From the NCBI GenBank assembly GCA_040390065.1, contig JAZJZE010000005.1:341170-405169 (forward strand): 64,000 nt of DNA, given 5' to 3'. The notes under the pieces are model-generated. The model was given only the letters and a program-made list of their open reading frames with translations. It was not told the DNA's origin and did no database searches. Each line of letters starts with the position of its first letter. Positions within the stretch are counted from its first letter, which is position 1. This document shows positions 1 to 18,623 of this stretch, piece by piece. Origin of the DNA: a bacterium. GTDB taxonomy: Archaea > Thermoplasmatota > E2 > JACPAO01 > JAHFTW01. Position numbers and translations under genes: made by a program.

Positions 1-1
1 G

Positions 2-235
2 CACAAGGCGGCGGTCCTGTCGTTCCACATCGAGGGCATCCACCCGCACGACGTGGGCAGCCTGCTCGACCGCGACGGCATCGCCATCCGCACCGGCCAC
101 CACTGCGCACAGCCCGTCATGGACCGCTTCGGCGTGCCGGCGACGTCGCGGGCGAGCCTGGGACTCTACAACACGCGCTCCGAGATCGACGCGCTTGTCT
201 CGTCGCTGCGCAAGGTGGTGAAGCTCTTCGCATGA
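2..235 (+). CDS. sufS: Cysteine desulfurase SufS, C-terminal part (5' truncated by window)
   Basis: HPHDVGSLLDRDGIAIRTGHHCAQP group II desulfurase motif, RASLGLYNT; ATGA overlap with sufU. Confidence 0.93.
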   Translation, partial: HKAAVLSFHIEGIHPHDVGSLLDRDGIAIRTGHHCAQPVMDRFGVPATSRASLGLYNTRSEIDALVSSLRKVVKLFA

Positions 236-693
236 GCCCCGAGGATTCGCTTCGCGACCTGTACCAGGACGTCATCCTCGAACACAACAAGCGGCCGCGC
301 AACTTCCACGCCATCGAGGACGCGGACGCCAAACTGGAGGGCTTCAACCCGCTGTGCGGCGACCGCCTGACGTTGTACATCAAGTTCAAGGGCGACCGCA
401 TCGCAGACGTCGCCTTCCACGGCGCGGGCTGCGCCATCAGCACTAGTTCCGCGAGCCTCATGACGGAGGCCGTGAAGGGCAAGACGAAGGAGCAGGCGCA
501 GAAACTGTTCGACGACTTCCGGCGGCTTGTCACGCGCGAGCCGCCGGTCCCAACGAAGGCGGACGTGGGCAAACTTCTGGTCTTCTCGGGCGTCGGCGAG
601 TTCCCCGCGCGCGTCAAGTGCGCAACGTTGTGCTGGCACACGTTGCACAGCGTCTTGGAGGGCAAGACCGCACAGAAGGTGACGACGGAGTGA
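232..693 (+). CDS. sufU: SUF system Fe-S assembly protein SufU (NifU family)
   Basis: LYQDVILEHNKRPRN, NPLCGD, GCAIS, FPARVKCATL motifs. Confidence 0.93.
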   Translation: MSPEDSLRDLYQDVILEHNKRPRNFHAIEDADAKLEGFNPLCGDRLTLYIKFKGDRIADVAFHGAGCAISTSSASLMTEAVKGKTKEQAQKLFDDFRRLVTREPPVPTKADVGKLLVFSGVGEFPARVKCATLCWHTLHSVLEGKTAQKVTTE

Positions 694-1241
694 TTGCCGG
701 ATATGTTCCTCTGGCCCGCGACGTCGAGGCCATTTCGATTCCCGACGGCAAGGCCGCGCCGCTTGCGCAGGGGACACCGGTCAAGCTGACGCAGGCGCTC
801 GGCTTCGCGTATACGGTGCAGACGGAACGCGGAGCGAAGTACCGCATCAATGGGCGCGACGGCGACGCAATCGGCAAGCCCGTGGTCGGTGTCCTGCCTT
901 CCGGCGCCGAGGTGCCGCACGACGCGGCTTCACTGGAGACCTTGGCCCGTGAACAGCTGAAGGGTGTCTACGACCCCGAGATCCCGGTGGACATCATCAA
1001 CCTCGGACTTGTGCACACTCTCAAGGTGACGCCCGAGGGTTCGGGTTTCCATGCGGAAGTCCGGATGGGGCTGACGGCGCCTGGCTGCGGCATGGGAGAC
1101 GTCCTCGTGCAGGACGTCGTGAAGGCGCTCGAGGCCATCCCCACGATCTCCTCCGTGGATGCGCAGATCGTGCTCTTTCCCGTATGGAATCCGAATACAA
1201 TGATGAGCGAAGCAGCCAAACTGAAGCTGGGCATGATGTAG
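690..1241 (+). CDS. sufT: Fe-S cluster assembly protein SufT (DUF59)
   Basis: VYDPEIPVDIINLGLV and LTAPGCGMG; N-terminal TQALG..YTV domain; GTGA overlap with sufU stop. Confidence 0.88.
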   Translation: MIAGYVPLARDVEAISIPDGKAAPLAQGTPVKLTQALGFAYTVQTERGAKYRINGRDGDAIGKPVVGVLPSGAEVPHDAASLETLAREQLKGVYDPEIPVDIINLGLVHTLKVTPEGSGFHAEVRMGLTAPGCGMGDVLVQDVVKALEAIPTISSVDAQIVLFPVWNPNTMMSEAAKLKLGMM

Positions 1242-1303
1242 GTTCGCCGGAAATCCACATCATGACCCCAAACGCTTTACGCTCGAAGCCTAGCCTTCCC
1301 ATC

Positions 1304-1768
1304 ATGCGCGTCCTCGCAGTCGCCGCCTTCGTCGCGGCCATGACCCTCGCCGGTTGCTCCGGCAACTCCGACCAGTCCTCCACGACCACGACCAGCCCGA
1401 CGTCGTCGTCGGGCGGTATGGACCACATGATGGCCATGACTTACCAGGTCAGCATGCAGGGGAACGCTTTCGGCAATACCTCGCTCACGGTGATGTCCGG
1501 CGACGTGGTCGTCTGGACGCACAACGACCCGGCGACGACGGCGCACACCGTCACCAGCGACACCGGCGCGCCCGAGGGCTTCGACTCCAACCCCAACTGC
1601 GCCGGCCCGATCCCGGTCAACCAGGGCCCGCCAGCGGACATCTGCATGACGTCGGGCAAGACGTACTCGCACACCTTCATGAAGGAAGGCAGCTACGGCA
1701 TCCACTGCAAAATCCACGGCCAGATGAAGATGACCGTCATCGTCGCGGCCATGAACATGACGATGTAG
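1304..1768 (+). CDS. Plastocyanin/azurin-family blue copper lipoprotein
   Basis: Lipobox-like LAGC, Ser/Thr linker, AHTV and HCKIHGQM type-1 Cu ligands (His, Cys, His, Met). Confidence 0.85.
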   Translation: MRVLAVAAFVAAMTLAGCSGNSDQSSTTTTSPTSSSGGMDHMMAMTYQVSMQGNAFGNTSLTVMSGDVVVWTHNDPATTAHTVTSDTGAPEGFDSNPNCAGPIPVNQGPPADICMTSGKTYSHTFMKEGSYGIHCKIHGQMKMTVIVAAMNMTM

Positions 1769-1802
1769 TCAGGCTCATCACCTGAGGGATGCTTCGTCTG
1801 GC

Positions 1803-2258
1803 GTGAAGCTGGTCGCCGCCTTGGCCGTCGTGGCCCTTCTGCTCGCGGGTTGCGGGGGCACCGGTCCCGTGTCGTCCCACTCAACGCCTCCCAAGGGCGG
1901 CGGTTCGACCGCACCGTTTACGCCCTCGTCGACCACGTCCTCGACGACGTCAAGTTCCACCACGACCAGTCCCTCGTCGTCATCAAGCCCGCCGGCTCCA
2001 GTCGTCCACCAGGTCAGCATCCACGATTCGTCCTTCGATCCGGCGCAGATCACGATTGGACGGGGCGAGGCGGTGCGGTGGACCAATAACGACGGCACCC
2101 ACCATACCGTGACGTCGACGAGCGGCGCACCCGCATCCTTCGACTCGCCGGACCTAGGCCAGGGCGCGACGTTTTCCTTCACGTTCGCTGCGGCCGGGAC
2201 ATACCCATACCACTGCCGCTACCATTCGGGGATGGTCGCGTCCGTCCTCGTCCAGTAA
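1803..2258 (+). CDS. Plastocyanin/azurin-family blue copper lipoprotein
   Basis: LLAGC, Ser/Thr-rich stalk, WTNND..HHTV, YHCRYHSGM ligands. Confidence 0.87.
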   Translation: MKLVAALAVVALLLAGCGGTGPVSSHSTPPKGGGSTAPFTPSSTTSSTTSSSTTTSPSSSSSPPAPVVHQVSIHDSSFDPAQITIGRGEAVRWTNNDGTHHTVTSTSGAPASFDSPDLGQGATFSFTFAAAGTYPYHCRYHSGMVASVLVQ

Positions 2259-2285
2259 TGGGCCCTTCCAGTTCAACGTCATATC

Positions 2286-2315
2286 GAACATGTTCACGTT
2301 TTTCCGACATGTTGG
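2286..2315. promoter_or_regulatory. Pair of ACATGT-centred palindromes, candidate operator
   Basis: GAACATGTTC (2286-2295) and CCGACATGTTGG (2304-2315) in the AT-rich intergenic region upstream of the carboxylase/PKS operon. Confidence 0.35.
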
Positions 2316-2386
2316 GTACTTCGAGGATTGCCAATAGAGGCATTTTCCAGGAGTAAACAAGGGGAGATGGCCCACCCGGACAAGGC

Positions 2387-2394
2387 TTTACATA
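2387..2394 (+). promoter_or_regulatory. Candidate archaeal TATA box of the carboxylase/PKS operon
   Basis: TTTACATA ending 24 nt before ATG 2418, no obvious SD. Confidence 0.5.
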
Positions 2395-2417
2395 TCGGGA
2401 CCTTGGCCGTGGCGCTG

Positions 2418-4097
2418 ATGAATCCACCTGCCCACCCCTCCAAGGCCGAAGCCGTCAAGACGACAGGCCACGGGGAGGCGAAAGCGACGACCACGAAGCC
2501 GGCCGCCAAGGCCCCCGGCGGGCAGACCAACGGCGCCGGCCTCGACCCCGTGTCGCGTCTGCGGGAACGCAAGGCCCAGGCCATGATGGGAGGCGGGTTG
2601 GCGCGCATCGCGGCGCAGCACGAGAAGGGCAAATACACGGCCCGCGAACGCATCGATTTGCTCGTCGACCCGGGCACGTTTGTCGAGATCGACCCGTTCG
2701 TGCGCAGCCAAGCCACGGGTTTCGGCATGGACAAGCAGCGCTTCGACGGCGACGGCGTCGTGACCGGGTTCGGCTACGTCGACGGCCGGATCGTCTACAT
2801 CTACAGCCAGGACTTCACGGTCCTCGGCGGCTCGCTCGGCAACGCCACGGCGTCCAAGATCTGCAAGGTCCAGGACATGGCCGTGAAAAACGGCGCGCCC
2901 ATCATCGGCTTCAACGACTCCGGAGGCGCCCGAATCCAGGAAGGCGTTGCGGCGCTCGCCGGCTACGGGGATATCTTCTTCCGCAACGTCAACGCAAGCG
3001 GAGTCGTACCGCAGATCTCCGTCATCGTTGGCCCGTCCGCGGGTGGCGCAGTCTATTCCCCCGCCATCACGGACTTCGTCCTCATGGTCGAGGACACGTC
3101 CCACATGTTCGTGACCGGCCCCGACGTCGTGAAGACCGTGACGGGCGAGGATGCAAGCCAGGAAGAGCTCGGCGGCGCATCCGTGCACGCCGTCAAGTCC
3201 GGCGTCGCCCACTTCTCGGGCATCGACGAGGACGAGACCATCCAGATCCTGAAGCGCCTCATCGGCTACCTGCCGTCCAACAACCTGTCGGAACTGCCCG
3301 TGACGAAGCCGACGGACGACCGTTTCCGCATGGACGAGGCGCTGGACACGATCGTCCCGGACAACCCGAACAAGCCCTACGACATGCGCAACGTCCTCGA
3401 CATGGTCATGGACAAGGGCTCCTTCTTCGAGATCCAGCCGCGGTGGGCACAGAACGTCGTCATCGGCTTTGCCCGCCTCGATGGCTACCCCATCGGCGTC
3501 GTGGCCAACCAGCCCGCCGTCATGGCCGGCGCCCTCGACATCGAATCCAGCATCAAGGCCGCGAAGTTCATCCGTTTCTGCGACGCCTTCAACTTCCCCA
3601 TCGTGAGCTTCGTCGACGTCCCCGGCTTCCTGCCCGGACTGGGCCAGGAGCACGGCGGCATCATCCGCAACGGCGCCAAACTCCTCTACGCGTACTGCGA
3701 GGCAACGGTGCCAAAGTTGTGCGTCATCACGCGCAAATCCTACGGCGGCGCATACATCGTCATGTCGTCCAAGCACGTGGGCTCCGACATGAACTTCGCC
3801 TGGCCCGGCGCCGAGATTGCCGTCATGGGCGCGGAGGGCGCCGTGCAAATCCTCTACAAACGGGAACTCTCGAAGCTCGCGGAAGGCGACCCCGTCAAGG
3901 CCAAGGAGTTGCAGGCCACGTTCCAGAAAGAGTACCAGGAGAAGTTCGCGAACCCGTACGCGGCCGCCGAGCGCGGCTGGATCGACGACGTCATCGAACC
4001 CAGCGAGACCCGGCCCCGCCTCATCGCGGCGTTGTGGCCGCTCATCAACAAGCGCGAGCTGCGGCCCGCCAAGAAACACGGGATCATCCCGCTGTGA
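2418..4097 (+). CDS. pccB: Acyl-CoA (acetyl/propionyl-CoA) carboxylase carboxyltransferase subunit (PccB-like)
   Basis: GKYTARERI, QDFTVLGGSLG, DSGGARIQEG, VDVPGFLPG, RKSYGGAY, KKHGIIPL; start chosen by TATA spacing. Confidence 0.93.
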   Translation: MNPPAHPSKAEAVKTTGHGEAKATTTKPAAKAPGGQTNGAGLDPVSRLRERKAQAMMGGGLARIAAQHEKGKYTARERIDLLVDPGTFVEIDPFVRSQATGFGMDKQRFDGDGVVTGFGYVDGRIVYIYSQDFTVLGGSLGNATASKICKVQDMAVKNGAPIIGFNDSGGARIQEGVAALAGYGDIFFRNVNASGVVPQISVIVGPSAGGAVYSPAITDFVLMVEDTSHMFVTGPDVVKTVTGEDASQEELGGASVHAVKSGVAHFSGIDEDETIQILKRLIGYLPSNNLSELPVTKPTDDRFRMDEALDTIVPDNPNKPYDMRNVLDMVMDKGSFFEIQPRWAQNVVIGFARLDGYPIGVVANQPAVMAGALDIESSIKAAKFIRFCDAFNFPIVSFVDVPGFLPGLGQEHGGIIRNGAKLLYAYCEATVPKLCVITRKSYGGAYIVMSSKHVGSDMNFAWPGAEIAVMGAEGAVQILYKRELSKLAEGDPVKAKELQATFQKEYQEKFANPYAAAERGWIDDVIEPSETRPRLIAALWPLINKRELRPAKKHGIIPL

Positions 4098-4101
4098 GAC
4101 C

Positions 4102-4794
4102 ATGGTCCAGACCTCCCGCACGTTGCAGATCGAGTTGCCCCCGCCGTTCCCGGCAAACTTCCTCGATTACGTCACGGACGCAGCCCTCAGCCTGCCACAG
4201 ACCTCCGCCACCGTGGAGTTGACGCACGCACTCGCCGCCGTCGGCTACCGCTACCGCGCCATGCACGACGCTCAACGGATGCTGCAGGGCTCGCTCGCAG
4301 TCACAGTGCGCGGCCGCACTCCGGAGGAGAAATTCGTGCAGGACAGCCACCTTATGCACTTCCTGACCGACGGCCTGTCCTCCATCGAAGCCCTGGCTTT
4401 CTCCGCCTACCTCTGCGGCCACCTCACGAACGCGCCGCGCTTTCCCATCCACGCCGGAGCCTTGGCCAAGGTCACGCCGATGTCAGTCGAGAAGCTGTTC
4501 CGCCGCACCTTGCCCCAGGCCGGCCTCACGGCAAGCCTTCGCCGCTTGTGCCGCGCCCGCGAATTCGAGGAATGGAAATCCATGCGCACGACGCTCACCC
4601 ACCGCAGCCAACCCGCCCTTCAGCCCCACCACTTGCTGGTCAGTAAAGTGGCAGAGCTCGACGAAACCTGGCTCCGGCGCAAGCGCGGCTGGCTCGACGA
4701 CCAGATCCTCGTCCTTCTGCGTGAGCTGTTGTCCTTCATGGGCAAGGAAGTCCAGGTGCAGCACGCGCAACCGGTCCACGTGCTGGTGAACTAG
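4102..4794 (+). CDS. Hypothetical helical protein, possible HEPN-like domain (RxxxxH)
   Basis: ORF fills the gap between pccB and the PKS (its TAG abuts the PKS ATG); MRTTLTHR motif. Confidence 0.6.
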   Translation: MVQTSRTLQIELPPPFPANFLDYVTDAALSLPQTSATVELTHALAAVGYRYRAMHDAQRMLQGSLAVTVRGRTPEEKFVQDSHLMHFLTDGLSSIEALAFSAYLCGHLTNAPRFPIHAGALAKVTPMSVEKLFRRTLPQAGLTASLRRLCRAREFEEWKSMRTTLTHRSQPALQPHHLLVSKVAELDETWLRRKRGWLDDQILVLLRELLSFMGKEVQVQHAQPVHVLVN

Positions 4795-13934
<9,140 letters not shown>

Positions 13935-13938
<4 letters not shown>

Positions 13939-13988
13939 CGGCCGATACCGTCAAACGGCTCGCGCCGCTGGCCGGGGTGTCCCCATGA
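13935..13988 (+). other. 17-codon mini-ORF bridging PKS stop and biotin carboxylase start
   Basis: MTADTVKRLAPLAGVSP with an ATGA overlap at both ends. Confidence 0.4.
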
Positions 13989-15580
13989 GCACCTTCTCGA
14001 AGATCCTGGTCGCCAACCGCGGCGAGATCGCCTTGCGCATCATGCGCACCGCGCGCGAGATGGGCATCAAGACCGTCGCCATCCACTCCCCGCAGGATGC
14101 GCGGGCGCCGCACGTTCGCTTTGCCGAGGAAGCCTACCTCATGGGCAACGAGGCGACGGCGACGAACTACCTCAACATCCAGGGCATCGTCGACTTGGCC
14201 AAGGAGGTCGGCGCCGACGCCGTCCATCCCGGCTACGGCTTCCTCTCCGAGCGCGCCGAATTCGCGGAAGCGTTGGGCAAGGCCGGCATCAAGTTCATCG
14301 GGCCGCCCCCCGGACCAATCCGCATCCTCGGTGACAAGGTCGCATCCAAGGTCGCAGCGCGCAAGGCCAACGTGCCCGTCGTCCCCGGCAAGGACGAATT
14401 CGTCAGCACCCTCGACGAGGCCAAGGGCGTCGTCAAGCTCACCGGCTACCCCGTCATCATCAAGGCAGCCTTCGGCGGCGGCGGCATGGGCATGCAGGTG
14501 GTGCAGAACGAGGGCGAACTCGCCGCGGCGCTCGCGGCAACACAGCGCCAAGCCAAGGCAGCCTTCGGTCGCGGCGAGGTGTTCATCGAGAAGTTCATCC
14601 AGCGCCCGCGCCACATCGAGTTCCAGTTCCTCGCCGACGAGCACGGCAACGTCGTGCACTATGGCGAACGCGAATGCAGCGTGCAGCGGCGGCACCAGAA
14701 ACTCATCGAGGAGGCGCCAAGCCCAATCTTGCCCGCTTCCGAACGCGACCGCGTCGGCGCTGCCGTGTGCAAACTCGCAAAGGACGTCGGGTACTGGAAC
14801 GCCGGCACGGCCGAGTTCCTCTTCGACACGGACGCTCCCGGCGGCGGCCAGTTGTACTTCAACGAGGTCAACACGCGCCTGCAGGTCGAGCACCCTGTCA
14901 CGGAGCAAGTGTACGGCGTCGACTTGGTGCGTGAACAGATCCGCATCGCGCAAGGCGAGCCCCTCGGCTACGACCAGAAATGGGTCGACAGCCGCAGGCG
15001 GGGCTGGGCCATCGAGTGTCGCATCAACGCCGAGGACCCGCGCAACAAGTTCATGCCGACGCCGGGGACCATCCACCGGCACTTCCCGCCCAACGGCAAC
15101 GGCGTCCGGCTGGACACGTACCTGTACTCCGGGTTCACCGTGCCAAGCTCGTACGACTCGATGGTGGCGAAACTCATCACGTATGGTCAGGACCGAAACG
15201 AGGCCATCCGCAAGATGCGACGCGCCTTGGCCGAGTACGACCTCGGGAACCTCGTCACGAACCGCGAACTGCACCAAGTCATCTTCCACGACGAAGCGTT
15301 CTGCAAAGGGGAGATGACGACGCGGTTCCTGGACGACCGCAAGATCCTCGACAAACTCATGGGCGTGCAGGCCGCCGTCGACCACGCGACGAAGCAGAAA
15401 CTCGCGGCACTTGCAGCCGCACTTGCCCAGGAACCAGGCGGCATCGACTCCCTCGTCCAGAAATCCTACCAGTTCCAGCAAAGCCAGGCCAAGAATGTCG
15501 GCGTCGACGAATTCGGCCGGCGCAAACTCTCCGCGTGGGGCCGCCGTGGCCGCTACGAGGGCCAGGGCCGGGTGCACTGA
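13985..15580 (+). CDS. accC: Biotin carboxylase subunit of acyl-CoA carboxylase
   Basis: KILVANRGEIA, HPGYGFLSE, KAAFGGGGMG, RECSVQRRHQK, EVNTRLQVEH, YDSMVAKL. Confidence 0.95.
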   Translation: MSTFSKILVANRGEIALRIMRTAREMGIKTVAIHSPQDARAPHVRFAEEAYLMGNEATATNYLNIQGIVDLAKEVGADAVHPGYGFLSERAEFAEALGKAGIKFIGPPPGPIRILGDKVASKVAARKANVPVVPGKDEFVSTLDEAKGVVKLTGYPVIIKAAFGGGGMGMQVVQNEGELAAALAATQRQAKAAFGRGEVFIEKFIQRPRHIEFQFLADEHGNVVHYGERECSVQRRHQKLIEEAPSPILPASERDRVGAAVCKLAKDVGYWNAGTAEFLFDTDAPGGGQLYFNEVNTRLQVEHPVTEQVYGVDLVREQIRIAQGEPLGYDQKWVDSRRRGWAIECRINAEDPRNKFMPTPGTIHRHFPPNGNGVRLDTYLYSGFTVPSSYDSMVAKLITYGQDRNEAIRKMRRALAEYDLGNLVTNRELHQVIFHDEAFCKGEMTTRFLDDRKILDKLMGVQAAVDHATKQKLAALAAALAQEPGGIDSLVQKSYQFQQSQAKNVGVDEFGRRKLSAWGRRGRYEGQGRVH

Positions 15581-16071
15581 TGCGATACTCGTTCCAACTC
15601 AACGGGCGCCGCTTCATGGTCAACCTCGAGGAACATGCTGATGGCCCGCGCTACGTCGTCGAGGACGAGACGTTCGCCCCCAAGGTGGAAGCGCTCGGCA
15701 AGGGCCGCTACAAGGTGACAATCGGCCACCAGCGGTACGAGTTCAGCATCCACAACGGCATCGTCATGGAGGGCCCGCGCAACCTCGACCTAGAGGTCCG
15801 CCGCGAGCGCCCTGAACTGGCACGCAGCAAGTCCGGCGGCCGCAAGAACGACGGCAAGATCAGGCCCCCGATGCCCGGCAAGATCGTCGAAGTCAAGGTC
15901 AAGGAAGGCCAAGAGGTCGCGGAAGGCGACGTCCTCGTGGTGCTCGAGGCGATGAAGATGCAAAACGACCTCAAGTCGCCGATTGCAGGGACCGTCAAGC
16001 GCGTGCACGTGCAGGACGGGGCCAACGTCGAAGCGACGGCTGTGCTGTTGGAGATCACGCCCAAGGCCTGA
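15580..16071 (+). CDS. accB: Biotin carboxyl carrier protein
   Basis: PMPGKIV and LEAMKMQN biotinylation motif; TGATG overlap with accC. Confidence 0.92.
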   Translation: MRYSFQLNGRRFMVNLEEHADGPRYVVEDETFAPKVEALGKGRYKVTIGHQRYEFSIHNGIVMEGPRNLDLEVRRERPELARSKSGGRKNDGKIRPPMPGKIVEVKVKEGQEVAEGDVLVVLEAMKMQNDLKSPIAGTVKRVHVQDGANVEATAVLLEITPKA

Positions 16072-16174
16072 TTCCGGCGGCAGGCACCCGCGGGGGGCCG
16101 GCGCCGCGACGCATCGGGCCCATTCTATCCAATCGCTTACAAGAATTGAAATCCCGGACGTTTCTCCTGCCGGC

Positions 16175-17788
16175 GTGTCGCGAACGCACCGTGGGCATGA
16201 GGCCATCAAGGTCGGGGAAGCGGCATCGCTTGGCGTCGCGGCACCTGCCCTGCTTGACGAAGAACCAGACACCGACGGCACGCAGGCCGTGCTGGTCGTC
16301 CATGGCATGGGTCAAGGCATCCGCCTGTCGACGCTCGAACTTCTGACGACGGCCCTGCAGTGCGCCGACGTGCGGCACCAGGAGGAACTCGGGGAGAAGC
16401 ACGCCGTGCCACCCGTCCCCGTGGCGAGGACCGTTCGCATCGGCGACACCGAACTGCAGCGCGCGGAATTTGCCATCCGTTCCATGGACCGGCATGGCAA
16501 CCCGGCATTGACCAACGTCCACGTGTACGAGGCATACTGGGCACCCGTCACCGAAGGCGCAACCAACCTGCGGGGCGTCATGGCATTCCTGTGGCGGGCC
16601 GGATGGACGGGCTTCTGGCGCTCGGCGCGTTTCCACCGCTGGATGTTCCAGCACCCCGTCCAATACCCCAAGTCCGTCGGATGGCTCATCCGGGCCGCGG
16701 TCCTCTTCACCCTGGCCATCCTGGGCTCGCTCGTCGCCCTGAACACCGTGATTGGCGTCCAGGCGGCCGCCATGTTCGTCCCCGGAGGCAACGGATGGCC
16801 GTCGCCGGCCCAGCTTCGCGACCTGAACTGGACCGCATTGGCAGCGACCTTCTCGATCTTGGCTTTCCTGGCCTTCGCCCTGCCAGCCCATTGGCTGCGA
16901 AAGGGTCGATGGCGACCCGCTGCGGCTGCCATCGGCTGGATTGGCCTCGTGATGTTCTACGTGACGGGCCTGGCCGTCATCGCGGCCGCCGCCGCCAGCA
17001 TCGCCTCGCTGGCTCGGGGTCCGGCTGGCCTGGGACTGTTCCCGCAAACGACGCCGTTGGCCCATCCCGGCCTCTGGCTGTGGCTGCTGTGGATCCCATT
17101 GGTCGTGGCCTCGTATTTCATCCGGCGCTGGATTGTCGATTACATCGGCGACGTCGCCGTGTACGTATCGCCGCAGTACCTGGACGCGTTCGACGAGAAG
17201 CGCGGGGAAATCAAGAAGCGCACCATGGCGGCCGCGGTCGCCCTGTACGCCGCTCGGACGAAAAACGGCGCCCGGCAGTACGAAAGCGTCGCCATCGTCG
17301 GACATTCACTCGGCTCCGTCATCGCCTACGATGCACTCAACGCAATGCTCGCCCGCGACGAGATCGACGGCCATCCGCACGCCGTCCTTGCCCGGACATC
17401 GATGTTCCTGACCTTTGGGTCCCCCCTCGACAAGACGGCGTTCTTCTTCGGTAGCCTGGGGCGTGGAAAGCACCACTTGCGAGAGGGCTTTGCGGCTGCC
17501 ACGCAACCCCTCATCCAGGATTACGCCACGTACCGCAAGGTTCCGTGGGTCAATGTCCATTCTCGCGCCGACATCATCAGCAACCAACTTTCCTTCTACG
17601 ATGTCATGCCCCCGAGGAATGACTTGCAATCGCGCAATCGTGTTCGAAACATTCGCGATCCCCAGGCGTTGGGCCCAATCATGGCGCACAACGAATACTG
17701 GGGAAATGCACGAGTCTGGGACGGACTCCACGTGGCGCTGCGTGGCGACGATGTTCGGGCCTGGGCGGATCCCCTGGCCTCGAAGTGA
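16175..17788 (+). CDS. Membrane-embedded alpha/beta hydrolase (start uncertain)
   Basis: VVHGMG, several TM helices, GHSLG nucleophile, TFGSP, NVHSRADII, AHNEYW. Confidence 0.75.
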   Translation: MSRTHRGHEAIKVGEAASLGVAAPALLDEEPDTDGTQAVLVVHGMGQGIRLSTLELLTTALQCADVRHQEELGEKHAVPPVPVARTVRIGDTELQRAEFAIRSMDRHGNPALTNVHVYEAYWAPVTEGATNLRGVMAFLWRAGWTGFWRSARFHRWMFQHPVQYPKSVGWLIRAAVLFTLAILGSLVALNTVIGVQAAAMFVPGGNGWPSPAQLRDLNWTALAATFSILAFLAFALPAHWLRKGRWRPAAAAIGWIGLVMFYVTGLAVIAAAAASIASLARGPAGLGLFPQTTPLAHPGLWLWLLWIPLVVASYFIRRWIVDYIGDVAVYVSPQYLDAFDEKRGEIKKRTMAAAVALYAARTKNGARQYESVAIVGHSLGSVIAYDALNAMLARDEIDGHPHAVLARTSMFLTFGSPLDKTAFFFGSLGRGKHHLREGFAAATQPLIQDYATYRKVPWVNVHSRADIISNQLSFYDVMPPRNDLQSRNRVRNIRDPQALGPIMAHNEYWGNARVWDGLHVALRGDDVRAWADPLASK

Positions 17789-17852
17789 TTCCGAGCTCTA
17801 CGCCGGCGTTGTCGCGGCCAAAGGCTTCAATCCCGCCTAGCATGCCCAGCCC

Positions 17853-18623
17853 GTGTCCGTCGTCCTGTGCGACATCGATGACAAGGGCATCGCGACCCTG
17901 ACCATCAACCGCCCCGAAGCCTTGAATGCCCTCAACGCCGACGTGCTCGACGTCCTTGGCTCGACGGTCAAGGGCCTACATGGCAAAGCAAAGGCCATCC
18001 TCGTCACGGGCTCGGGCAAGGCATTCGTTGCCGGCGCAGACATTGCGGCGATGGCGAACCTGAACGGCGAACAGGCTGCAGCGTTCTCACGAAAGGGCCA
18101 GGCTGCATTCCAGGAGCTGTGCGATTTCCCCGGCCCCGTCGTCGCGGCCGTGAATGGCTACGCCCTCGGTGGCGGCCTCGAACTCGCCCTGGCCTGCGAC
18201 ATCATCATCGCGTCCGACAAGGCCAGCGTGGGACAACCGGAGGTCTCGCTAGGCGTGGTACCCGGCTTCGGTGGTTCGCAGCGTTTGCCCCGACGCGTCG
18301 GCCCCGGTATCGCGAAGTTCCTCCTCATGACCGGCGACCGGGTCAAGGCCGACGTGGCGCTGCAGATGGGCATCGTCGACCGCGTCGTGCCGCACGACAC
18401 CCTCATCCCGGAATGCCGCAAACTCCTCGAAACGATTCTGGCACACGGCCCGCTGGCGGTTGCATCGGTCAAGAAGCTCGTCGACGAGGGCCTCGAGACG
18501 GACTTGTGGGAAGGCCTTGAGTTCGAAGCGGAGGGCTTTGGCGCGTCGTTCAGGACCGCGGACCAGAAGGAAGGCATGAAGGCGTTCCTGGAGAAGCGGA
18601 CGCCGACATTCACGGGCCACTAG
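17853..18623 (+). CDS. crt: Enoyl-CoA hydratase (crotonase)
   Basis: INRPEALNALN, AFVAGADI, GYALGGGLELALACD, QPEVSLGVVPGFGGSQRL. Confidence 0.92.
   Translation: MSVVLCDIDDKGIATLTINRPEALNALNADVLDVLGSTVKGLHGKAKAILVTGSGKAFVAGADIAAMANLNGEQAAAFSRKGQAAFQELCDFPGPVVAAVNGYALGGGLELALACDIIIASDKASVGQPEVSLGVVPGFGGSQRLPRRVGPGIAKFLLMTGDRVKADVALQMGIVDRVVPHDTLIPECRKLLETILAHGPLAVASVKKLVDEGLETDLWEGLEFEAEGFGASFRTADQKEGMKAFLEKRTPTFTGH

Noticed and set aside
2286-2295. GAACATGTTC as a Gram-positive LexA box
   Set aside because: Spacer is 2 nt rather than the 4 nt of GAAC-N4-GTTC; kept only as a generic palindrome
2388-4121. 577-aa antisense ORF to pccB (similar ones over accC, icd and fumC)
   Set aside because: Mirror frames of conserved genes with no independent evidence
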